DNA from: Planctomycetota bacterium
GTDB lineage: Bacteria; Planctomycetota; Planctomycetia; Planctomycetales; Planctomycetaceae
DNA length: 64,000 bases
Direction: 5' to 3'
Assembly (NCBI GenBank): GCA_031424595.1
Contig: JANPHT010000712.1
Coordinates: forward strand, 2,572 to 66,571
Part shown: one piece after another, positions 29,001 to 38,614 of the stretch
Numbering within the stretch: position 1 is the first letter of the stretch
How the letters are laid out: every line of letters begins with the position of its first letter
Notes under the pieces: generated by a model
Databases searched by the model: none
What the model saw: only the letters and a program-made list of their open reading frames with translations
Told to the model about the DNA's origin: nothing
Translations under genes and position numbers: made by a program

Positions 29001-29491
29001 AATTCACTGAGGGGAAGATCGTCACCCACAGAGATTGTGCGAGTCGCCGCTTTAATAACTTCTCGCGACGGCACCGGCTGCAACAGTGCTGGCAGACAAG
29101 TCACGATCATTGCCGGGGCTCGGTCCGATTGAATCAATCGCCGGACAATGGAAAGTCGAGCGGCATAGACGGAATCAGCAGCGTCGATCGCATCGGGAAG
29201 ACTTTCCCACGCCGGGAACAGCATGACCCCTGTGTTGGGCAGGTCGGTCAGTTCGTCCACGAATTCCTCAGCATCGCGAATTGTGGGCAGGACGATCAGA
29301 TGCGTCCTCTTCAGGTCGGACGCAGCAATCGCAGCGATGCTCAGCGCGCAAGCCGAACCCCAGGCGCCGTCGATCGATGCACTGCGGCCGGAATGAAGTG
29401 AGGCAATAACCTCAGGAAATCCCGGTGCTGCCGCGATCAACGCCGTCAGTTCAGCAAGAGTTACTGGAATCTGCCGTCCTGAGCTGGTCAT
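26075..29491 (-). CDS. mfd: Transcription-repair coupling factor
   Basis: 1138 aa. It has CGDVGFGKTEVAMRA (Walker A), LLVVDEEQKFG (DExx), helicase C motifs and a TRCF C-terminal region. Confidence 0.96.
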   Translation of the reverse strand: MTSSGRQIPVTLAELTALIAAAPGFPEVIASLHSGRSASIDGAWGSACALSIAAIAASDLKRTHLIVLPTIRDAEEFVDELTDLPNTGVMLFPAWESLPDAIDAADSVYAARLSIVRRLIQSDRAPAMIVTCLPALLQPVPSREVIKAATRTISVGDDLPLSELTEWLTARAFERVTAVELPGEFSIHGGILDIFPATEPDAIRIELFGDAVESIRSFDVESQRRLEDLNHISLTATISSSTVVDSTVVDSTLSDKPKVIGRGKARRTAVEASPASHESPAAPKSNFAGNTESLIDSLPGSSIVVLTDMQQSISEGRLYLQRLSSPVGLYSVDATMARLVEFPSVTIDALGADSYETSCHLTIEAVERFSGSRRDALVELSELLGPSDQVLLCCHNQGEQERLKELIAETDSTSGTALAPRIQLTTGRLRRGFRLIDHGLIVISDNELFSRTATRTATRKRRADTRTIDTFLDLREGDLVVHVAHGIARYRGMAMTGANGQQEEHLLLEFRDSVIVYVPVSLIHLVQKYIGPAKTTPELTKYGGTSWLKKKDQVAEAISDMATDMLQLQAERASRAGLQCRADSHLQQEFEKAFPFTETADQLSAIADLKGDMEQPKPMDRLICGDVGFGKTEVAMRAVFKAVDNGRQVAVLVPTTVLAEQHYRTFSQRMAEFPITVEMLSRYRTAAEQTRIIERLKEGAVDIVIGTHRLVSRDIKFKDLGLLVVDEEQKFGVKVKERLKHLRADVDVLTLTATPIPRTLHMSLLGIRDISSLTTPPRDRVPIETRVGRFDENLVRSAIVRELNRGGQIYFVHNRVHDIEEIAQRLRRIAPEARLTIAHGQMDEDELEAAMMAFVTGKADILLATTIIESGLDISNANTMFIHQADIYGLADLHQLRGRVGRDRHRAYCYLLLEDSKAVTTKATRRLKAIEEYSELGAGFRIAMRDLEIRGAGNILGTEQSGNIAAVGYELYCQLLENSVRSLKKQPLRYQRHCKIELPVSNFIPDKYIAEQKLKIEVYRRLSQANTMEQLSELETELRDRFGPIPTAARRMLQLRELNLRALAWRVENIHLETGYAVLRYRDARRIRMLSHLHKGHLRVVDAHDAYWPLDAEETDGPAVLDELLAAFSAAQPPVQDG
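28736..28771. repeat. In-frame 15-bp tandem repeat x2.4 inside mfd (encodes STVVDSTVVDST)
   Basis: TGTCGAATCCACGAC at 28736-28750 and 28751-28765, then TGTCGA. Confidence 0.85.
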
Positions 29492-29569
29492 GACGGGCAG
29501 ATTCTAGGCTGATGACGGTAGGTTTCGAGTACAGAGGCACCGGAAACATGGGAAATCGAACTTCTGCTC

Positions 29570-32500
29570 TTATGGGAACAGGACGCCGTTGATTTCAATG
29601 GTTCCGACGGATGAATTAGCCGGGATGATGAACGGATCTTCGATAAAGTTGTTCCCGTTGAAACCGTTGGAGATAATCGCCATGTTGTTTTGAGTTCCGG
29701 CGATATTGATAACTCCACCGACCTGAGTGAACACGAAGCCTCGCTCTTCGGCTCCACCGAGGTCACGGAACTCGACCGTATTGCGGGACATCTGGATAAA
29801 GGAGTTTGATGCAACCCTTCGAATCTCGATGCCGGTTCCGCCGTCATTCTCAGCACGAATCGCGTTGTTGTCGAAAGCAATGTCCGACAGTTCACGCAGG
29901 TTCATGAAGAAGCCTGTGGGTGTCACACCGGACATACGAACGGAGTTTCGGGCGATCTGGAAAACGTCATCATTGCTGAAAGCTGCTCCAAACAGATCGA
30001 CTATCATCACCCCCGCATCGTTACCCAGATTGTTGACAACAATCTCGTTGCCCTGGAATGACAACTCCGTCAGCACATCCCCTGTGATTCGATTTGTCAG
30101 GTCAAATGCATGTTGCTGCTCGATGCCACGCAAATCGATACGCCTGTTGTTATCCACCTGAACTCGAGCGGCCCCGAACCATTCCATCGTAATGGCATCG
30201 TCGAACAAGGGACGAGTGTCGTTCGGGTTGTTTGTAGTCGGATCAACGGTATCGTTAACTTCGAAGCTGTTGGAGAAAATTCTTGTTCGAATCGCTGCTC
30301 CCTGGGCCACCGCTGAAGACTGGAAGAGGCGAAGGACGTCACCCGAGTTGGAGACGAATCCGCTGTTCTCAATCAGCACTTCGAACGGACGATCGGCTCG
30401 ACTGTATTCTTTCGGATTGGTGTCGGTCGTTGCCGGATCCACGTCTGTATTGACGGAATAGGTGAGAAGAATGGTCTCTCTTCCGACATCCAGATCGTCA
30501 CCGTTGTTGTCAAAATCTGTATTCTGCACTTCCAGCCCCATCAGATCCTCCGCATGGATGCCGCGGATGTCAGAATCGATGACCTGAGAGTCGATAATTC
30601 GGAAGTACTGTTCGTCATTGGCGTTCACGACATCCGTGGGACTCTCTGTATTCACGATGCGGACGCCAAATTCGTTGTCATCAAGAATGACGTCTGTAAC
30701 CGTGACCTGTCCGGCATTCTGCAGAAAGATACCAGCCGCATCATTGTCGTCCAGGAGATTGCCGTCGGCATCAGAAATAACGCCCCCGGAACCCGGGGTG
30801 GCATTCGCAACGTTGGGCTTCAGCAGGAACGTTTTCTTCTGATCTACGTTGGTATTGACCAGACGAATGCCATAATCCGGCGATCCATTACTGTTCACAG
30901 TTTCAAGGTGAATGTTGATTCCGCTGTCTTCAATGTCGACGGCCGCCGCACCACTTGTATCAATCTGACCATCGTCAATACTGATCTCATTGTTGTTGAG
31001 GCCAAACACACCGATTCCGTTCAACGACTCAATATCCATATCGATGATTCGAACCAAACCGATTGGATCGCCTGTCACCGCATCGATTCCGGTGTTGTTC
31101 TCAAGGTGCAGACCAGCACCGCCACCGGCATTGCCCTGTGCGTTCACCACCACTGCATTGCTGAGGCGAACAGTGCCGGAATTGCCAAGAATCTCAATCG
31201 CAGCCGATTGTGAGTTCAACTCGTTCTGCACTTCAGTTCGATCAACAGAAGCCTGGCCAAGTTCGATCAGACCTGATGAATTATTGACCGAAATCCCTTC
31301 CAGTGTTCGATTGGTAACCATGGTAACGCCCTGGAAACGCACTTCTCCACTGATGTTGTCAATGAAGATAGATTCTCGAAGCGTTTGATCAACGTTCACA
31401 TTGTTCTGAAACAGAACTTCGCTGTTCACAAGATTATTGGCAATGAAAATTCCGTTGCCCTGGCTGGGTTGTGCGGCTGGTCCCAGCCCGACAGTGACGG
31501 TATCGGCAAAGATGACCTGACTGTTTGCCAACTGGTCATGAATCGAAATACCAGCCTCCGTGCCAGCGCCCGCGTGATCTCGAACAGTGACCGTATCGGA
31601 GAACCGTACCGTGCCAGAAGAGCCGGCTATCTCAATACCACCCGCCTGGCGACCTTCAACCAATAGTGGATCAATGAATGTGACATCGCCTGTAACATTC
31701 TGAATCAGCACACCCTGAAGCAGCGGATTCGAGATTGTCGTTGCCGCAAGTCGCGGGTCTGATTTTCGGATAACGTAGTCGCCACCGCTGTTGATAATCG
31801 CGATGCCCGTGCCGCCACTATTAGAAACGGAGATATTATCCAGAGCCGCCGTTCCGCCCGTGTTGTTCTGAATGACCACGCCAAGACCGCCGTCATCCGT
31901 AATTGACGAGCGATTCATGGAGAAACGCCCACCAGTCATGTTTTCAACCAGCAGCGATTCGACAGGGGCCGTGTTTGTGATTGAGCCCAGCAGAAAATCG
32001 TCCGTCGATGCAAAATTGATAATGCCGTTACCCCCGTTGATGTGGAGGGACGGCGCCGCAGATGTGGTGGAAACTATCGACGTGTTGGTAATATTGACTG
32101 TACCGTTGGTGTTTTGAAGCAGAATGCCGGATTGACCTGCATTGATCACACTGGTGTCGTTAATAACGAAACCCTCAGCTCCATTGCTGAAGATGCCGTT
32201 CTGCAACGGTGTATTGATGACAAAGCCAGAGAGCAGCGAGTCATTGCCCATTGTCACACCGTTTCCGGCAGCGCCGGTCAGCGTTGGGCGCGCGAGTCCG
32301 GGGGACGCCGCAAAGGTCGGTGAATCGGGCAACGTCAATTGGAATGTCTGACCGAGAATCTGCAACGGAATCTGTGTTTCGACGTTTCGACCAGGAGAGA
32401 TCAGACCTTCGCCGATCAGTTGCTGACCGGGTAACAGCGAGACGATATTCTGTGGTGCAGCATTGAACGTGCTTCCCGCATGGACGAAAACGATATCGGC

Positions 32501-33586
32501 ACCAGCGGCAAGGCCCTGAGTCATCAGCAAGAATGGATCTTCGACTGTTCCTGACCCCGGCCCAACTCCATTGCTGTTGACGTGTGCTATTGTCAACGGA
32601 GCGCCGCCTTGTTGTGCAATCTGGCCGGGCGCCTGAACGCTCGACGTCAGTGCCACAACGTTCATGTTACGGCGAACCGGATCACGAAATCGCTGAATCG
32701 CGGAGCGGCTGGTATGCTCCTGGCTCGAAAAACCGCCAAAGTAGACGGCCACATTAAAGCTGAGGGTCGTGTCATACTGCTGATCGTCAGTGAGCTTCAA
32801 ACCTAGTTCCAGCCACTTTCCGATGTCAGCCTGCAGGCGAGACGACCAACCAGCGAATCCCTCGATGCTATTGCCTTCATAATAGTATCCGCCACCAAAC
32901 GCACGCAGATCGATCCGTTCGGCCAGCTTTCCCGGAAGCAGAAAGCCCAGTTCAGAATCGAACCCCTTCAGGCCTTCAGCCACCGTATCGACACGGGTAA
33001 AAGAAATATTCGAACCGGAAAAGGCGACGCTATTCTGATCGATGCCCTGTCCCACAAGCTCAAACGTATTTCCAAACGTCTGGTAGTAGTTTCCTCGAGC
33101 CTCCCAGCGATTCGACAACAATTCCGCACCCACGCTCCACTGCTGCAGACCGGCACCTGATAACTCATCGTGATCATAGTAACCGTTGCCACCCAGGACG
33201 ACGTCAAGACCTTCGATGTAATGGCGGTAACCGCCCCCAAAAGTGTATCCTAGTCCGCCCTGGTTGGCCCGCAGCATGCGGGCATCTCCAAAGAGCAACC
33301 CATTCTCGATATTCACGTACGGCATCAGGTTGATGTGCGTAATTGATTCATTTCGACCGACTGAACTGCCGGCCATATGTCCGCCTCGGAACGACATCCC
33401 AAGGCCGTCCCTATTGGAATCGACGACCTCGGATGCTGAACCCGTGGGAGTTCGTCCAAAGGAAAAAGCGCCGTCCTGGGAAAATGCTGACTGAGTGCCC
33501 ATCGCCAATGAAATCAGCGCGGCAGCCCGGGACAGTTTTTTCAGCCAGCGATTGGGGTTTCGAACGATCTTCATGACGTTCCTCAA
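29570..33586 (-). CDS. Inverse-autotransporter (intimin/invasin-type) beta-barrel protein with a parallel beta-helix repeat passenger of about 1000 residues
   Basis: Signal peptide ending AFSQ. Residues about 60-310 show the IAT beta-domain pattern (GGGYRHY..., GGNGYYDHD..., LQQWSVGAELLSNRWEARGNYY, LKGFDSELGFLLP, FGGGYYYEG, LSFNVAVYFGG). The rest is made of PbH1-like repeats (GGTGIAIINSGGDYVI, QGVLIQNVTGDVTF, GGIEIAGSSGTVRF and others). Confidence 0.75.
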   Translation of the reverse strand: MRNVMKIVRNPNRWLKKLSRAAALISLAMGTQSAFSQDGAFSFGRTPTGSASEVVDSNRDGLGMSFRGGHMAGSSVGRNESITHINLMPYVNIENGLLFGDARMLRANQGGLGYTFGGGYRHYIEGLDVVLGGNGYYDHDELSGAGLQQWSVGAELLSNRWEARGNYYQTFGNTFELVGQGIDQNSVAFSGSNISFTRVDTVAEGLKGFDSELGFLLPGKLAERIDLRAFGGGYYYEGNSIEGFAGWSSRLQADIGKWLELGLKLTDDQQYDTTLSFNVAVYFGGFSSQEHTSRSAIQRFRDPVRRNMNVVALTSSVQAPGQIAQQGGAPLTIAHVNSNGVGPGSGTVEDPFLLMTQGLAAGADIVFVHAGSTFNAAPQNIVSLLPGQQLIGEGLISPGRNVETQIPLQILGQTFQLTLPDSPTFAASPGLARPTLTGAAGNGVTMGNDSLLSGFVINTPLQNGIFSNGAEGFVINDTSVINAGQSGILLQNTNGTVNITNTSIVSTTSAAPSLHINGGNGIINFASTDDFLLGSITNTAPVESLLVENMTGGRFSMNRSSITDDGGLGVVIQNNTGGTAALDNISVSNSGGTGIAIINSGGDYVIRKSDPRLAATTISNPLLQGVLIQNVTGDVTFIDPLLVEGRQAGGIEIAGSSGTVRFSDTVTVRDHAGAGTEAGISIHDQLANSQVIFADTVTVGLGPAAQPSQGNGIFIANNLVNSEVLFQNNVNVDQTLRESIFIDNISGEVRFQGVTMVTNRTLEGISVNNSSGLIELGQASVDRTEVQNELNSQSAAIEILGNSGTVRLSNAVVVNAQGNAGGGAGLHLENNTGIDAVTGDPIGLVRIIDMDIESLNGIGVFGLNNNEISIDDGQIDTSGAAAVDIEDSGINIHLETVNSNGSPDYGIRLVNTNVDQKKTFLLKPNVANATPGSGGVISDADGNLLDDNDAAGIFLQNAGQVTVTDVILDDNEFGVRIVNTESPTDVVNANDEQYFRIIDSQVIDSDIRGIHAEDLMGLEVQNTDFDNNGDDLDVGRETILLTYSVNTDVDPATTDTNPKEYSRADRPFEVLIENSGFVSNSGDVLRLFQSSAVAQGAAIRTRIFSNSFEVNDTVDPTTNNPNDTRPLFDDAITMEWFGAARVQVDNNRRIDLRGIEQQHAFDLTNRITGDVLTELSFQGNEIVVNNLGNDAGVMIVDLFGAAFSNDDVFQIARNSVRMSGVTPTGFFMNLRELSDIAFDNNAIRAENDGGTGIEIRRVASNSFIQMSRNTVEFRDLGGAEERGFVFTQVGGVINIAGTQNNMAIISNGFNGNNFIEDPFIIPANSSVGTIEINGVLFP

Positions 33587-33629
33587 ACCAGGTTCGTGAG
33601 TCGCGATTCACTTGTAAATCGCCGGGATC

Positions 33630-33643
33630 CGGCACATGTGCCG
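33630..33643. promoter_or_regulatory. 14-bp perfect palindrome CGGCACATGTGCCG, 44-57 nt upstream of the inverse-autotransporter start
   Basis: Read directly; it is its own reverse complement. The position fits an operator or dimeric transcription-factor site. Confidence 0.4.
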
Positions 33644-34306
33644 CTCCCGTTCACTTTTCTCTCGTGAGCTTTCAGAAGACTTCCGAACGTCTTGTTCGAA
33701 ACACAATCCACTGGCAGCCGGTTTCAGCAGATGCGCAACATCCCAAGGGACATAGCTTCTCCGCCTGGAGAGACGCGGCGTTTGTAACTGCCTCCGAAAA
33801 CACCAGCAACAGGGCTTCAGGGACTCAGACCGTCAATTTTCTGAACAGGCGACAAGCGGTGGTGATGCTCCTGCGAAAAGCACTCTATGGGCGCTACGGC
33901 GCGGCAGCTTTCGCCTGTTTTGGTGAATCTCCTGCCTCGCCACCATTTCCAATTAAGTGTACGTATGAACCCGTATCTGCTGTGGCGATCTGTGCGCCGT
34001 TCAATCCCCAGAGGAGAAAATAGGGATCACCGGGCTTCTGCGAAGAACACTGAAACCCCTGAACACTTGAAAACAGCAATATTCTGAATCGTTTCAAAAG
34101 AAATCTGGCCAATTGACCGAGTGTCACGAATCCTTTTCCCCGGCCTGTTGTTTCTACATTTTGTCCGAGAAACACATCCCCCAGTCGAATTAACAGCAGA
34201 AGACTCCAGGGGAATTCTGGGGATTTTTGGTTTCTCCTTCTCGATTGCTGTCGGAATACTTCTTATGAATTTTGCTCAATGGTTTCAGTCGGTTTGTGGC
34301 TTAAGG

Positions 34307-36244
34307 ATGTCCTTGCGAATTCTTATCGTTGGCTTCATGACGATTGGACTTTTCGGATCGGCCGCCGTTGGTAGTCCGCAGTCAAAAACCGACGCCGATC
34401 AGAAAACAACCGATGAAAAACCTTTGACTCTCGTCGCGGAGGGCTCTCGGCCACTGCTCACGATCACGTTTGCAAATGCTGATCGGTTCGTGGGTGCCGC
34501 TCGATACATTTTTGACGCCGCTGGTAAGCCGGAAGCATTTGAAGTGTTTGAAGGGTTTCTTGCAAACACTCTGAATAACCTCGAAGGCTTCAATCGATCC
34601 AAGCCTTTCGGCGTCATGGCCTATCTGCCTGTCGCGTTTCCTCCAGCCCCGGAATTCATTGCTTTCGTTCCCATCGATTCTGTCGAGGCGGCAACGAAGC
34701 TGATCGAAAAAGCGCCCGTGGTCATTCGACAGGACGATGAAGAAGGAAGATATGAAGTCATCGGTCCGAATAGGACTTTCCCGGTTCTGATGCGTGACGG
34801 ATATGCGTTCATGCCGCTCGGAAATAGTCCTCCGGAAGAAGCTCTTGATCGGGAGTTACCGGATCCCTCTTTGTTGCTTGCCAGCCAGGCCCAACAGTTT
34901 GACGTGGCGGTGCGACTGGACGTTGAATCCATTCCAGTGGCCACTCGAACGCTGCTGATGGGGTTGATTTCTTCAGGAATTTCTACAACTCTGCAACAAC
35001 GTGATGGTGAGCCACAAGGCGCCTATCTCATTCGCAGAACAGAAGGGGAACGCGGGCTGGAGGCTCTGCGAATGCTGATTACAGAATGCCAGAAGATCAC
35101 GTTTGGCGTGAAAGTCGATCAGGAAGAACAGGCTGTGAATATCGACGTTTTGGTCGACGCACTGGACGGTTCAAAGTTCATGAAAGAGATTTTCCAGTCG
35201 ACTGAGAAACCAAGTTACTTCATTCCCCTTCTGGACGACGATGCCGCAGTTTCACTCTCGATGTCTTCCATGATGGCTGATCGCGACAGGACGGCCTACA
35301 TCGAAATGATGGAAGGCGTAAAAATGGAAGTAAGTCGATTGATTGACGAGAACAAGCTGGGACCTGCACCCGACGAAAACAGTCCCATTGGCCAGGCGCT
35401 GTCGGCGATCCAGAAGACTCTTGAAGAGGGGCACGTGGACGTGTTTGCCCAATTCTACCGGGACTCGTCCGGCAAACTGGCCATCGTCTGGGCCGGGCGT
35501 ATTCTTGAAGGTGATGCTATCGCCGCCGGCATTCTTGATGCTGCCACTCGACTTCAGAATGTTGACGACATCAAGAAAGCCGGGGATCTGCAGATCGGGG
35601 CCGCCGAACATCTGGGAATCACCTTTCATCGACTGACTTTCGCCGCACAAGCGCCCGAAGCGGTCGCCGTGTTTGGTGACGGTGTTGGGCTGACGATTGG
35701 TGTCGGTTCAACCGCAGTCTGGGGCGTCCTTGGAGGTGAAGAATCTCTCGCGACCCTGACGGGGGTCATGGATAGCCTTGAAGAGGCAATTCAATCGCCT
35801 GCCGAACGAAAGATGCCGCCAAATTTCCGAGTCATTGTCAATGTGAATCAACTCGTCGAAATGGCCACAATTGCTGAGACCGCCGGATCAAAGGCTCGGG
35901 CAGAAAAAGAACAGGCCGCAGCCGCTCTTGATTCGGCAAAAGCCGAATTGGAAACTCCGAAGGCCACCGTGGAGCCAGCAACTCAAAATGCAGAAGGAGG
36001 ACGCAATGCCGCCGGCCGTCGTGCAGAGTTTGCTCGACGCCGTGAACGAGGCGGATCGATTATGCGAGAAACGCTGGCTGAGGGCGACGATCGTATTGAA
36101 GTGGACTCTCGCCTGACCGAGACCGGCGCTCGAATGAGGATTCGACTCGAAGAAGGATTCGTGAAAATCTTCGGACGATTGCTTGCCGAACGGCTGGCAC
36201 CACAGGAACAGCCAGTTCCCGTTGATATCTCGCCTCGTCAATAG
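34307..36244 (+). CDS. Hypothetical secreted protein (no recognised domain); start moved from 34121 to ATG 34307
   Basis: MSLRILIVGFMTIGLFGSAAVG signal peptide preceded by AAGG. A long ORF with normal amino-acid composition, a C-terminal Ala/Glu/Lys/Arg-rich helical segment, and a strong terminator after it. Confidence 0.65.
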   Translation: MSLRILIVGFMTIGLFGSAAVGSPQSKTDADQKTTDEKPLTLVAEGSRPLLTITFANADRFVGAARYIFDAAGKPEAFEVFEGFLANTLNNLEGFNRSKPFGVMAYLPVAFPPAPEFIAFVPIDSVEAATKLIEKAPVVIRQDDEEGRYEVIGPNRTFPVLMRDGYAFMPLGNSPPEEALDRELPDPSLLLASQAQQFDVAVRLDVESIPVATRTLLMGLISSGISTTLQQRDGEPQGAYLIRRTEGERGLEALRMLITECQKITFGVKVDQEEQAVNIDVLVDALDGSKFMKEIFQSTEKPSYFIPLLDDDAAVSLSMSSMMADRDRTAYIEMMEGVKMEVSRLIDENKLGPAPDENSPIGQALSAIQKTLEEGHVDVFAQFYRDSSGKLAIVWAGRILEGDAIAAGILDAATRLQNVDDIKKAGDLQIGAAEHLGITFHRLTFAAQAPEAVAVFGDGVGLTIGVGSTAVWGVLGGEESLATLTGVMDSLEEAIQSPAERKMPPNFRVIVNVNQLVEMATIAETAGSKARAEKEQAAAALDSAKAELETPKATVEPATQNAEGGRNAAGRRAEFARRRERGGSIMRETLAEGDDRIEVDSRLTETGARMRIRLEEGFVKIFGRLLAERLAPQEQPVPVDISPRQ

Positions 36245-36273
36245 CCTTCCGTCCCCAATGAGTTTCACAACAG

Positions 36274-36306
36274 AAAAGCCCGACGTCCTTAAGACGTCGG
36301 GCTTTT
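36274..36306. terminator. Bidirectional intrinsic terminator between convergent genes (34307-36244 on + and dnaK on -)
   Basis: AAA-AGCCCGACGTC-cttaa-GACGTCGGGCT-TTT: an 11-bp perfect GC-rich stem with A- and T-tracts on either side. Confidence 0.85.
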
Positions 36307-36346
36307 GAAAACAGAAACGTTCCGAGGTATCGTCCCCGCCACGGAC

Positions 36347-38242
36347 TTATTTCTTTTCAAACTCCGCATCGATCACATCATCATCCCCGCTCTTTGGAGC
36401 AGCTCCCGTTGCTCCGGCATCAGGTGCACCGCCTTTGTCGGCGTACATGTGCTGAGCCAACGCATGGGAAGCCTGCATCAGTTCGTCGGTTGCCGACTTG
36501 ATGGCTGCAGAATCGGAACCCTCTGCTGCCTTCTTGACCTTTTCCATCGCAGATTCGATGGCAGACTTCGACGAAGCGTCCAACTTATCTGCATGTTCCT
36601 TCAGAGTCTTCTCGGTCTGATGCAGGAGCGACGAGGCTTGGTTTTTCGCCGTCGCAAGTTCCTGCTTTTGCTTGTCTTCCTCAGCATGAGCTTCGGCGTC
36701 CTTTCGCATGCGCTCGATCTCTTCAGGAGACAACCCACTGGATTGCTTGATTTGAACAGACTGGCTCTTGCCACTCGCTTTGTCTTTGGCAGACACGCTC
36801 AGAATGCCGTTCACATCAATGTCAAACTTGACTTCGATTTGAGGCACACCGCGAGGCGCCGCTGGGATTCCGTCGAGGTTGAACTCATCCAGCAATCGAT
36901 TATCCGAAGCCATCTTGCGTTCACCCTGGAAGACTCGCACGGTAACGGCAGGCTGGTTGTCGGAAGCTGTGGAGAAGGTTTCGGTCTTTGTTGTCGGAAT
37001 CGTTGTGTTGCGCTCCACCAGGACCGTCATGATTCCGCCTTCGGTTTCGATGCCGACTGACAGAGGCGTGACGTCCAACAGCACAACGTCCTTAACCTCA
37101 CCGGAAATGATGCCACCCTGAATCGCTGCCCCCAGCGAAACAACTTCGTCCGGGTTCACACCCTGATGAGGCTCCTTGCCGAACATGTCACGAACGAGTT
37201 TCTGCACTTTGGGCACTCGGATCGATCCACCGACCAAAACAACTTCGTGGATGTCGCCTGGCTTCAGCTTTGCATCTTTCAGGGCGTTCAACACTGGCTG
37301 ACGGCAGCGTTCTACCAGCGGGTCAATAAGTTCTTCGAACTTCGCCCGGGAGATACTCAATTGCAAGTGCTTTGCACCACTCGCATCGGCCGTAATAAAC
37401 GGCAGATTGATGTCGGTCGCCTGCTGAGTAGAAAGTTCCTTCTTGGCCTTTTCCGCGGCTTCACGCAGACGTTGCAGAGCCATTGGGTCCTTGCGAAGGT
37501 CGATACCCTGATCCTGCTGGAACTGCGATGCAATGTAATCAATCAGCACTTCGTCAAAATTATCGCCGCCAAGGTGGGTATCACCATTGGTACTGAGTAC
37601 TTCGACCAGTTCATCGCCAACTTCCAGAATGGATACGTCAAAAGTACCTCCACCGAGGTCAAAGACGCAGATCTTTTCTTCTGTCTTCTTGTCGAGCCCA
37701 TAGGCCAACGCCGCTGCGGTGGGCTCATTGATAATACGAGCCACTTCGAGGCCGGCGATTTGCCCGGCATCCTTTGTTGCCTGTCGCTGAGCGTCGTTGA
37801 AGTAGGCGGGAACAGTGATAACCGCCTTATTGACCTTGTGCCCGAGATAATTTTCCGCAGCTTCCTTCAGCTTGCGAAGTACCATGGCTGAAATCTCAGG
37901 AGGCGTGTGCTCTTTTCCGTGCACATTCACTTTCACATAGTCAGTAACCCCTCCTACAACCTTGTAAGGCACCATCTTCTCTTCAGATTCGACTTCTTTG
38001 TGGCGTCGGCCCATGAATCGCTTGATGGAATAGATCGTGTTCTGAGGATTCGTGACGGCTTGCCGCTTTGCAGGCTCGCCCACAAGCGTTTCGCCCTTAG
38101 CTGTGAATGCGATCACACTGGGAGTCGTGCGGCTGCCTTCCTGGTTGGCGATGACTCGAGGCTCGCCGCCTTCCATGATCGACACCACGGAATTTGTCGT
38201 TCCCAAATCGATGCCGATGATTTTTTCGCCTGAGACTGCCAT
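36347..38242 (-). CDS. dnaK: Molecular chaperone DnaK (Hsp70); start moved from 38419 to ATG 38242
   Basis: [43 protein letters not shown], and a C-terminal lid ending in [12 protein letters not shown]. Confidence 0.97.
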   Translation of the reverse strand: MAVSGEKIIGIDLGTTNSVVSIMEGGEPRVIANQEGSRTTPSVIAFTAKGETLVGEPAKRQAVTNPQNTIYSIKRFMGRRHKEVESEEKMVPYKVVGGVTDYVKVNVHGKEHTPPEISAMVLRKLKEAAENYLGHKVNKAVITVPAYFNDAQRQATKDAGQIAGLEVARIINEPTAAALAYGLDKKTEEKICVFDLGGGTFDVSILEVGDELVEVLSTNGDTHLGGDNFDEVLIDYIASQFQQDQGIDLRKDPMALQRLREAAEKAKKELSTQQATDINLPFITADASGAKHLQLSISRAKFEELIDPLVERCRQPVLNALKDAKLKPGDIHEVVLVGGSIRVPKVQKLVRDMFGKEPHQGVNPDEVVSLGAAIQGGIISGEVKDVVLLDVTPLSVGIETEGGIMTVLVERNTTIPTTKTETFSTASDNQPAVTVRVFQGERKMASDNRLLDEFNLDGIPAAPRGVPQIEVKFDIDVNGILSVSAKDKASGKSQSVQIKQSSGLSPEEIERMRKDAEAHAEEDKQKQELATAKNQASSLLHQTEKTLKEHADKLDASSKSAIESAMEKVKKAAEGSDSAAIKSATDELMQASHALAQHMYADKGGAPDAGATGAAPKSGDDDVIDAEFEKK

Positions 38243-38599
38243 GAACGTAACCCTCTGTTTAGGTTTTTTTCCGCAGGTGTGATCCGGTGACGCACGGTCT
38301 GAGGAATAGGAATTGTCGGATTGAATGCTCTCACCACCCGACCTGGGCAATGTGAGTTCGGAATGCTCCGGTTTTAGAACCGCGGAACACCAAAAAACGG
38401 TTTTCCGACAGGCGAACACACCTTTAGCAGGTTCTATGCCGTTTGTAACTCTTTGCTACAAACCATTATTCTACATAAGTTTACGAACTGATCGCGATTA
38501 AACTGCCCCTCCGCCAATGTCAGACTGGCAGGCGACTTGGAATTTCTGGATGCAATTCATGATGCCAAAACGGCGTGATTAGCACGGGATCACAGACCA

Positions 38600-38614
38600 G
38601 TGCCATACTGGCAC
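38600..38614. promoter_or_regulatory. Perfect palindrome GTGCCA-tac-TGGCAC in the divergent dnaK/pheA intergenic region
   Basis: Read directly. The function is unknown; see the rejected CIRCE and sigma-54 readings. Confidence 0.3.

Noticed and set aside
33664-34175. ORFs 33664-34023 (+) and 33894-34175 (-) in the large divergent intergenic region
   Set aside because: They have no signal, no motif and odd composition, and they overlap each other. They are probably spurious, although a small protein cannot be excluded without expression data.
36305-37891. Two long plus-strand ORFs (36305-37060, 251 aa; 37166-37891, 241 aa) opposite dnaK
   Set aside because: They lie entirely antisense within the highly conserved dnaK gene and have Arg/Leu/Cys/His-rich, non-protein-like composition. 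These are classic shadow ORFs created by dnaK codon bias.
38579-38606. CIRCE (HrcA operator) upstream of dnaK
   Set aside because: TTAGCACGG-N10-CAGTGCCAT matches only 13 of 18 consensus positions. The spacer is 10 nt instead of 9, and the element lies about 340 nt from the dnaK start. That is too weak to call.
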